From Candidatus Gottesmanbacteria bacterium UBA5942 (GTDB lineage: Bacteria > Patescibacteriota > Microgenomatia > UBA10105 > UBA927), in NCBI GenBank assembly GCA_002430725.1, contig DJCU01000035.1, positions 19,324 to 83,323 on the forward strand: a stretch of 64,000 bases of DNA, written 5' to 3'. The stretch's first letter is position 1; each line of letters opens with the position of its first letter. The translations under genes were made by a program, and so were the position numbers. Of this stretch, positions 57,661 through 64,000 are shown one piece after another. The notes under the pieces were generated by a model. It made no database searches. It was given only the letters and a program-made list of their open reading frames with translations, and was not told the DNA's origin.

Positions 57661-58149
57661 TTAGCGCTTCGGAGATTGCTTTCGCGCACGCGCCTTATGA
57701 GCAAATCCTGCTTTTATACGCTGTTTCTTGCGTGAATCTCGTGTCATAAAACCACGCTTCTTGAGTATTGGACGGAATTTTTCTTTATCTGTCTTTTCAA
57801 GTGCTCGAGACAACCCGTGTACGACTGCCCCCAATTGTCCTGACGGCCCTCCACCAGAAACATGGATACTTGTCACAAATCTACCAATCGTATTTGTCGT
57901 ACGGAACGGCTCAAGATATACTTTTTTAGCTACTTCACCAGGAAAATATTTATCTGCCAATTTACCGTTAATGATGCACTCACCTTTAGGAACAGACACG
58001 CCCTCAATAGTAAGGCTTTCATCCTTTACCACATACAGCCTCACTCTGGCAGTAGCATTTTTTCTTCGACCGGTAGCTTCGTAGTACGATACGTTTGCTA
58101 CTGTTGCTGCTTCATCTAGTGTTTCTTTTATTACTTTTTCGTCTGCCAT
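57661..58149 (-). CDS. rpsI: 30S ribosomal protein S9 (with N-terminal extension)
   Basis: GRRKNATARVRL ... GGGPSGQ ... C-terminal basic tail. Confidence 0.9.
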   Translation of the reverse strand: MADEKVIKETLDEAATVANVSYYEATGRRKNATARVRLYVVKDESLTIEGVSVPKGECIINGKLADKYFPGEVAKKVYLEPFRTTNTIGRFVTSIHVSGGGPSGQLGAVVHGLSRALEKTDKEKFRPILKKRGFMTRDSRKKQRIKAGFAHKARARKQSPKR

Positions 58150-58169
58150 ATATTACCTCATTATAAAAA

Positions 58170-58601
58170 TTACTTTTGTGCTGTGTGCTGTACCTTACTT
58201 GCAAATTCGTGATCTGCCTCTGGTCGGACATGGAGTCTCGCGATCATACCATGGCGCAATCTATTTTTCGGCAACATCCCCATAACCGCTGTTCTTATCA
58301 GATCCTCAGGTTTGTCTCGTCTGATCTGCCAGAGCGCTTTCGTTTTTAGTCCCCCTGGAAAACCTGAATATCGAGTATACAACTTTTCTTTTTCTTTGTG
58401 ACCGGTCACTTGCACGTACTTCGCATTTATGACAACGACAAAATCACCACAGTCCAAATTACGAACAAAATATGGCTTAGATTTACCAATAAGCTTCGCG
58501 GCAATTTCCACTGCTACACGACCAAGCACCTTATCTTTGGCATCGATAATGTACCATTTTCTTTCAATTTTACTTGCTTTTGTCGCTGCAGTTGTGCTCA
58601 T
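58170..58601 (-). CDS. rplM: 50S ribosomal protein L13
   Basis: KWYIIDAKDKVLGRVA start, typical of L13. Confidence 0.9.
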   Translation of the reverse strand: MSTTAATKASKIERKWYIIDAKDKVLGRVAVEIAAKLIGKSKPYFVRNLDCGDFVVVINAKYVQVTGHKEKEKLYTRYSGFPGGLKTKALWQIRRDKPEDLIRTAVMGMLPKNRLRHGMIARLHVRPEADHEFASKVQHTAQK

Positions 58602-58604
58602 AGG

Positions 58605-59093
58605 TTATTTAGTTGATTTGGCTGTTTTTGCCATCTTTTTTGCTTTTACTGATTTTTCGGTAACCACTTCTGCTTCCTCTACTTTCGATGCGTTTGGCGA
58701 TGCTTTCTTTGGCGCTTTTACTACTTCTGCAACTGGGGCCGCGTCAACAAACTCCAGATATACCATTTCTGATGCGTCACCACGACGTGCTCCCAGTTTC
58801 ACAATCCGGGTATATCCGCTGTTGCGACCTGCAAATCTGGTTTTTGCCATTTCAATGAGTTTCTTTTCAACAGCAAGATCAGCCAATGTTTTTTTCACTT
58901 CTAAAAGCGAACCGTTTGTCGCGCGCTTCGTCTTGGTGATAAGCTTTTCAACCATCGCCTGTACGGACTTTGCTTTCGCAAATGTGGTATGCAACCTGCC
59001 ATGTGAAATAAGCGCACGAGCAATATCTCGGAATAATCGCTTCCGTTCATCTTTATTTCTGCCTAATTTTCGACCGTATACCCCGTGTTTCAT
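58605..59093 (-). CDS. rplQ: 50S ribosomal protein L17 (with Lys/Ala-rich C-terminal extension)
   Basis: MKHGVYGRKLGRNKDERKRLFR...TTFAKAKS L17 core, plus a roughly 50-aa KA-rich tail. Confidence 0.9.
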   Translation of the reverse strand: MKHGVYGRKLGRNKDERKRLFRDIARALISHGRLHTTFAKAKSVQAMVEKLITKTKRATNGSLLEVKKTLADLAVEKKLIEMAKTRFAGRNSGYTRIVKLGARRGDASEMVYLEFVDAAPVAEVVKAPKKASPNASKVEEAEVVTEKSVKAKKMAKTAKSTK

Positions 59094-59099
59094 ACAGTG

Positions 59100-60020
59100 T
59101 TAGATAGTGAGTACTACTCCCTTTTCTTTCAATTTCTCTTCGACTATTGAAAGAGACTTCGCACCCAAATTCTTTATTTTCATTAGATCCGTTCTCGGCG
59201 CACTCAACAATTGACCAATTGTTTCAATGTTGCCTCGACCCAGTGCGTTTACGATACGGGTTGGAATATCCAACTCTTCGATACGCATCTTCAATACTTC
59301 ATCGGAAATAGATGGTGATGCAACTACTGCATCTTCGGCTGTCTTTTCCTTTGGCTCATGAACCTGTGAGAAATAGGAAACCAGCACTTTTGCTGAATTC
59401 CGGAGCGCGGTAAGTGGACTCACCGTTTCATCGGTCCAGATTTCCATGACTAATTTATCCAAGTTCGTCATGCGTCCTACGCGGGTTGCATCCACACGAT
59501 AGTTTACGCGCACTACCGGACTAAACAATGAATCCATCGGAATACGTCCAACTTCATCATAATGTCGCTCGTCTGCCTGGACATAGCCATATCCCTTTTC
59601 AACAGATGCTTCAAGCTCCAGCTCAGCTTTTTTATCGGTAAGCGTTGCTATTACATGATCAGGGTTAACGATCGTCACTCCTGCGGGAACATCAAAATCA
59701 CGCGCAGTTACGACACCAGGTCCTTTTTTGGATAATTTCAAAACAGCGGATTCATCACCATCTACGGATAACCGGACTTTTTTAAGATTTAAAATAAGTT
59801 CTACGATATCTTCCTTGAGTCCTGCTAAGGTACTGAACTGATGAGAAACCCCTTTTACTTTAATAGAGGTGATAGCTGCACCAGGAAGCGAAGCCAAAAG
59901 CACCCGGCGAAGACTATTCCCCAATGTATGGCCATATCCCTGTTCGAGAGGCTCAATGACGAACATCCCGTATCCGGGTTTTTCTACCTCTGTTTTTATT
60001 GCAAAATTTACATCTATCAT
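59100..60020 (-). CDS. rpoA: DNA-directed RNA polymerase subunit alpha
   Basis: N-terminal domain GHTLGNSLRRVLL and the C-terminal alpha-CTD HhH. 306 aa. Confidence 0.9.
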   Translation of the reverse strand: MIDVNFAIKTEVEKPGYGMFVIEPLEQGYGHTLGNSLRRVLLASLPGAAITSIKVKGVSHQFSTLAGLKEDIVELILNLKKVRLSVDGDESAVLKLSKKGPGVVTARDFDVPAGVTIVNPDHVIATLTDKKAELELEASVEKGYGYVQADERHYDEVGRIPMDSLFSPVVRVNYRVDATRVGRMTNLDKLVMEIWTDETVSPLTALRNSAKVLVSYFSQVHEPKEKTAEDAVVASPSISDEVLKMRIEELDIPTRIVNALGRGNIETIGQLLSAPRTDLMKIKNLGAKSLSIVEEKLKEKGVVLTI

Positions 60021-60103
60021 ACTTTTAGAAATTTATCGGCCTAGTTACTTAGTGGCTTAGGCATTATGCTAATCGCTAAACTCTAGACTCCTAAAATCCT
60101 CCT

Positions 60104-60724
60104 TTAACGTGAATAATACTCAATAACTAACTGTGTATTGATGTCTTCTTTAACGTCATCCCGCTCAGGCAATCGGACTACTTTACCGACACCTGATTGA
60201 CGTTCCAGCCAAGCCGGAGGTGTGAATGTTTTATCTTCCAGCATTTTTTTAATCGCAGGAATACTACCTGATTTTGGTTTTAACGTAATCACCTGATCTG
60301 CGGCAACAAGGTATGATGGGATATTTACCCGACTACCATTTACCATAACGTGTCCATGAGATACGAATTGACGCGCACTTGAGCGTGTTGGAGCAAGTCC
60401 TAACCTAAAAAGTGTATTATCAAGTCGGCGCTCCAAAAATTGCACCAACATATCTCCAGTATTACCTCTCCATTTACGAGCCATTGCATAGTAGCGGCGG
60501 AATTGTCGCTCCAATACCCCATACATGCGTTTCATTTTCTGCTTTTCGCGAAGCTGTGTTCCGTATCCGGAAATCTTCCGGCGCATTTTCTGGCCATGCT
60601 GACCAGGTGGAATATTAAGCCTGCGCATTAATCCTGCATGACTTTTTGTTCCTACCGTTTTAAGGCCCAAGTCTATGCCTTCTTTACGCGCTAATCTATT
60701 TTTTGGTCCGTTATATTTTGCCAT
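60104..60724 (-). CDS. rpsD: 30S ribosomal protein S4
   Basis: MAKYNGPKNRLARKEG start, and the S4 domain ERRLDN..FRLG. Confidence 0.9.
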   Translation of the reverse strand: MAKYNGPKNRLARKEGIDLGLKTVGTKSHAGLMRRLNIPPGQHGQKMRRKISGYGTQLREKQKMKRMYGVLERQFRRYYAMARKWRGNTGDMLVQFLERRLDNTLFRLGLAPTRSSARQFVSHGHVMVNGSRVNIPSYLVAADQVITLKPKSGSIPAIKKMLEDKTFTPPAWLERQSGVGKVVRLPERDDVKEDINTQLVIEYYSR

Positions 60725-60734
60725 ATAGGTAGTT

Positions 60735-61106
60735 TTATACTCTTCGCTTTTTCTTTGGTCTTACACCGTTATGCGGAATAGGTGTCACATCCGCAATAAG
60801 CGTAATTCCCAAACCAACTGCTTTAAGTGCCCTGAGTGCCGCATCTCTACCCGCTCCTGGCCCTTTGATAAACACTTCAACTTCTCGAAGTCCTGCATCC
60901 ATGGCTTTGCGTGCAACTCCCTCTACTGCGGTTGTTGCCGCATACGGTGTTGCTCTACGTGCACCCTTAAAGCCAACAAGCCCTGATGAGCCCCAGTACA
61001 ACGCATTCCCATGTTCATCAGTAATAGTGACCAACGTGTTATTAAACGTTGCCGTTATGTATACTCTGCCTTTTACTGGAATTGTTTTGGTGACTTTGGT
61101 TGCCAT
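60735..61106 (-). CDS. rpsK: 30S ribosomal protein S11
   Basis: [12 protein letters not shown]...[14 protein letters not shown]. Confidence 0.9.
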   Translation of the reverse strand: MATKVTKTIPVKGRVYITATFNNTLVTITDEHGNALYWGSSGLVGFKGARRATPYAATTAVEGVARKAMDAGLREVEVFIKGPGAGRDAALRALKAVGLGITLIADVTPIPHNGVRPKKKRRV

Positions 61107-61109
61107 AGG

Positions 61110-61517
61110 TTATTTTGTTGCCGCTGCTGTTTCTGTCTTTGCTCGATCTTCCTTCTTGAGTGCTCCGACTGTCATACGCTTGCCGCGCTTTGTCCGAGCG
61201 TTTGTTCTGGTTCGCTGTCCCCGAGAGGGCAAGCGGCGCGCATGTCGTATACCACGATATGATTTAATATCGATAAGTCGTTTGATGCTGTCACCTACTG
61301 AGCGGCGAAGATCCCCCTCTACCATTGTTTCTTTTTCAATGATTTTGGTAAGCTTACTCACTTCATCGTCCGTTAGGGACTTAAATTTTCGCGTCCTGTC
61401 CAATCCAGCTTTATTGAGAATACCAAGCACATTGACTCGTCCTACTCCATAAAGATAGGTAAGTGCGATGTCTAATCGCTTTTCGTTTGGTAAATCAACT
61501 CCAGAAATACGTGCCAT
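61110..61517 (-). CDS. rpsM: 30S ribosomal protein S13
   Basis: MARISGVDLPNEKRLDIALTYLYGVG. Confidence 0.9.
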   Translation of the reverse strand: MARISGVDLPNEKRLDIALTYLYGVGRVNVLGILNKAGLDRTRKFKSLTDDEVSKLTKIIEKETMVEGDLRRSVGDSIKRLIDIKSYRGIRHARRLPSRGQRTRTNARTKRGKRMTVGALKKEDRAKTETAAATK

Positions 61518-61534
61518 AATTATGTATAAATACG

Positions 61535-61648
61535 TTATCCTTGTCTCTGCTTATGCTTCGGGTTTTCACAAATAATGTATACCCGCCCCCTTCGGCGGAC
61601 ATTTTTACATTTTCTACACATTGGTTTTACACTTGCTCGAACTTTCAT
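61535..61648 (-). CDS. rpmJ: 50S ribosomal protein L36
   Basis: Not in the ORF track. Translation [37 protein letters not shown] (37 aa, C-x2-C...C...H zinc ribbon), positioned between rpsM and infA. Confidence 0.85.
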   Translation of the reverse strand: MKVRASVKPMCRKCKNVRRRGRVYIICENPKHKQRQG

Positions 61649-61651
61649 AGG

Positions 61652-61867
61652 TTATTTCATCCTATACGTAATTCTTCCCTTATCAGCATCGTATGGTGAC
61701 ATTTCCAATTTTACCTTGTCACCTGGCATGATGCGGATAAAGTGAAGCCGCATCTTACCTGACAAATGACAAAGTACAATATGATTATTAGCCAGCTTTA
61801 CCCGAAACAATGTATTGGGCAAGCATTCAACTACTTCTCCGTCTATCTCTATATTTCCCTGATGTGC
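61652..61867 (-). CDS. infA: translation initiation factor IF-1
   Basis: [41 protein letters not shown]...ITYRMK aligns with IF-1. The ORF-track N-terminal 23 aa (up to 61936) are likely not translated. Confidence 0.85.
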   Translation of the reverse strand, partial: AHQGNIEIDGEVVECLPNTLFRVKLANNHIVLCHLSGKMRLHFIRIMPGDKVKLEMSPYDADKGRITYRMK

Positions 61868-61981
61868 CATAAAATAACAACAATATTCCCTCTTAGTTAG
61901 AGAGGGAAATCGCTGAAGTACCCTATTGTACCCCATACAGAAGATTTGGTCAACCCATGCCCAAAAAATGCTGCGAGAGCC

Positions 61982-63595
61982 TCAAAAGTATCCCTCATTA
62001 ATAAGTTCTTTTCGCTTTTCATCATCTATCCACGCAGGAAACTCACCGCTTTCCGATGCATAACGTGGCGACTTATTGAGGATATGCTCCAACGCGCTAT
62101 CCAGATGCAGTGCTACAGAGGGGTGCTCACCGAGGATATTCCGCTGCTCATGGGGGTCGGTGAGCAAATCGAACAGTTCAGTGTATTTTTTATCTGGCAT
62201 ATTATTTTTGTATAATTTCCACCTGTTATTTCGTATAGATGTAATTGCGTCTTTGCGGTGCTGACCTACAAGGTACGTATCGCCCACATGTTGTTCTCCC
62301 TTCCCCATTATGATTGGTAAAAAGCTTCTTCCATCAACCGGTTGCTTTTGAGCAATACCAACGAGCGACAATAGCGTGGGGTATATATCCACCATCTGTA
62401 CCAATTCGTGATACACGCCCCGCATGGCTTTTGGCACCGACACAATAAGCGGTGTGTGTGTTTCTTCATTGTAAATATTCCATCCATGATCGAAATACCC
62501 ATGCTCCATAAATGCCTCACCATTATCAGAAAAAAATATAACAATCGTTTTTCTTTTTACCTCAGGTTTACGTAAAAAAGCGAGTAACTCAAAAATATCG
62601 CCATCAGTATGAAATAGTTTTTCATCATACAAGCCCTTAAGATAGGAGACCATCCTTTTATCTTGGTTATTTATTTTCCCCCAATACCACGTCATCCTCA
62701 GGTCATACTGCTCAAACTGAGGTAAACTATCTACAATCTCGCGAGCTTTCTCGAGATTATTAATCGCAAGCGCCGCACGTAAGTCTCCGACTATTTGCTG
62801 GTTCTTCATCCGGCTTTGTGCAGTAGTCGCGCTTTGTAGCCTACGTACATAATCGGCAATAACAAACTCATAAAATGATCGTGTGTGTGCTTTGTATTGC
62901 TCCACTGATACGGGTATATCGGTATACTCAGGAGCTTCTTCGTACAATCTCTCTCCCTCTCCTGGTAAATAAGGAGTGTGCGGGGCATACGAATGAAGAA
63001 ATATAAACGTTGGTGTGCCGTCTAACAATTTTGGAAACAATTTTTTGTACTCTGCAGGGTCGCTTCCCTGATGCATGTCATATATTTCCGAAAATCCACG
63101 TCCCAAGCCTTTATCCAGCGGCAATAAAATATCATCAGTGACACCGCCCCATATTGTCCGGTATCCACGAGCAGCAAGCGTCTCTGCAAGCTGTGGAATA
63201 TCTGTCGACAACGAATCAGTAAATCCATTAATAACTTGATGTGTACTGGGATAAAGACCAGTAAAAAGTGACATGTGGCTATCAAGTGTTATCGAAGACT
63301 GCGTATAAAATCGAGAAAATAATATATTTTCTCCGGCATATGCACATAAGTTTGGCATCGTATTCCGCTCGTACCCATAGCACGGCAATTCCGGAGCGCG
63401 CATAGTATCCAAATTTACCATTACAATATTGCAGTCCAAACATGGGGCAACTCCGGGTATACTAAAAGGTAATCGATAGATAAGTTCAGCAAATATCCGG
63501 CGCGCAATAGTTGGCTTCCACAACAACACAGCGATGACACCAGTTATTATCGCGAGCGCAATCCACGCGCTATTTTTTTTAAATCTATTACTCAT
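61982..63595 (-). CDS. sulfatase-family (alkaline phosphatase superfamily) membrane-anchored hydrolase/transferase
   Basis: N-terminal TM segment. Sulfatase fold blocks (MVNLDTMRA, HSYAPHTPY, FFSDNGEA, DIYPTLLSL). Confidence 0.7.
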   Translation of the reverse strand: MSNRFKKNSAWIALAIITGVIAVLLWKPTIARRIFAELIYRLPFSIPGVAPCLDCNIVMVNLDTMRAPELPCYGYERNTMPNLCAYAGENILFSRFYTQSSITLDSHMSLFTGLYPSTHQVINGFTDSLSTDIPQLAETLAARGYRTIWGGVTDDILLPLDKGLGRGFSEIYDMHQGSDPAEYKKLFPKLLDGTPTFIFLHSYAPHTPYLPGEGERLYEEAPEYTDIPVSVEQYKAHTRSFYEFVIADYVRRLQSATTAQSRMKNQQIVGDLRAALAINNLEKAREIVDSLPQFEQYDLRMTWYWGKINNQDKRMVSYLKGLYDEKLFHTDGDIFELLAFLRKPEVKRKTIVIFFSDNGEAFMEHGYFDHGWNIYNEETHTPLIVSVPKAMRGVYHELVQMVDIYPTLLSLVGIAQKQPVDGRSFLPIIMGKGEQHVGDTYLVGQHRKDAITSIRNNRWKLYKNNMPDKKYTELFDLLTDPHEQRNILGEHPSVALHLDSALEHILNKSPRYASESGEFPAWIDDEKRKELINEGYF

Positions 63596-64000
63596 TACTA
63601 TTTGTTCGGGGTTGTCTCATTTCATCGATATGCTGTAATAGTTTTTCCAACAACTCTTTCCTTTGAGAAGAACTTTGCTGATAGATATCAACGAGTTCTC
63701 CGCGGTCTTTGGTTATATTAAAAAGTTTTTTTGTCTGCATCTCTTCATCGAGAATAAGTTTCCATCCATCTGCACTCCGTATAGCCCTCTGCATGGTAGC
63801 GTAACGGTATACCGTTTCCGGATATATATCTAAACTCAATGTTTTCCCTTCCATCAGTGGCAACAAACTTTCTCCCTGTATTTGCGATTGCATACTCGGT
63901 GTTAACGTCAAACCTGCTAATGAAAAAAGTGTGGGTAGTATATCGATATTTCGCACCTGTTGCGATACTTTCCTATTCCCCGAATTTTTGGGCGGAATTA
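63588..64000 (-). CDS. second sulfatase-family protein, C-terminal part only (gene continues beyond window end)
   Basis: IDILPTLFSLAGL... is paralogous to the C-terminus of the preceding gene. Overlaps its start by 8 nt. Confidence 0.55.
   Translation of the reverse strand, partial: IPPKNSGNRKVSQQVRNIDILPTLFSLAGLTLTPSMQSQIQGESLLPLMEGKTLSLDIYPETVYRYATMQRAIRSADGWKLILDEEMQTKKLFNITKDRGELVDIYQQSSSQRKELLEKLLQHIDEMRQPRTNSNE

Noticed and set aside
58429-59103. 224-aa plus-strand ORF
   Set aside because: It is antisense to rplQ/rplM.
60865-61452. 195-aa plus-strand ORF
   Set aside because: It is antisense to rpsK/rpsM.
61868-61936. 23-aa N-terminal extension of infA
   Set aside because: IF-1 homology begins at the internal Met. 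The extension is Cys/Tyr-rich and unsupported.

Overview
The window reads as a housekeeping chromosome segment from a small-genome, low-GC bacterium, possibly Patescibacteria/CPR or a related lineage. It carries the suf Fe-S operon, era, gltX, aspS, recJ, cca, secDF, miaAB, hup, rny, recX/recA, and an infA-rpmJ-rpsM-rpsK-rpsD-rpoA-rplQ plus rplM-rpsI ribosomal cluster. Mixed in are envelope glycosylation operons: GT2 + LAB_N + a DUF2079-like membrane protein, and two GT-C enzymes. There is also an ECF sigma/anti-sigma/secreted-protein operon and several DUF genes. RNA genes I could read directly: tRNA-Gln(CUG), tRNA-Pro(GGG) (neither encodes CCA, and a CCA-adding enzyme is present), and an RNase P RNA whose 3' end is partially duplicated in tandem downstream. 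The main anomalies are these: an aspS lacking the GAD insertion but fused to a C-terminal YbaK-like deacylase domain; a canonical T-box motif (GGUGGUACCGCG) with promoter and SD-sequestering terminator directly upstream of that aspS, which the ORF track mistranslates as an N-terminal extension; a DUF1697 gene broken by a frameshift inside a T7/A7 homopolymer; a GC-richer bicistron of a 20-aa peptide and an 88-aa Cys/His-rich protein, both with strong SDs and a strong terminator; and the RNase P 3'-end duplications. Three genes are absent from the ORF track: rpmJ, a DUF5679 zinc-ribbon gene, and a partial sufD at the window start. No CRISPR array, integrase or transposase was seen. All calls come from reading the translations and sequence by eye, with no database searches.
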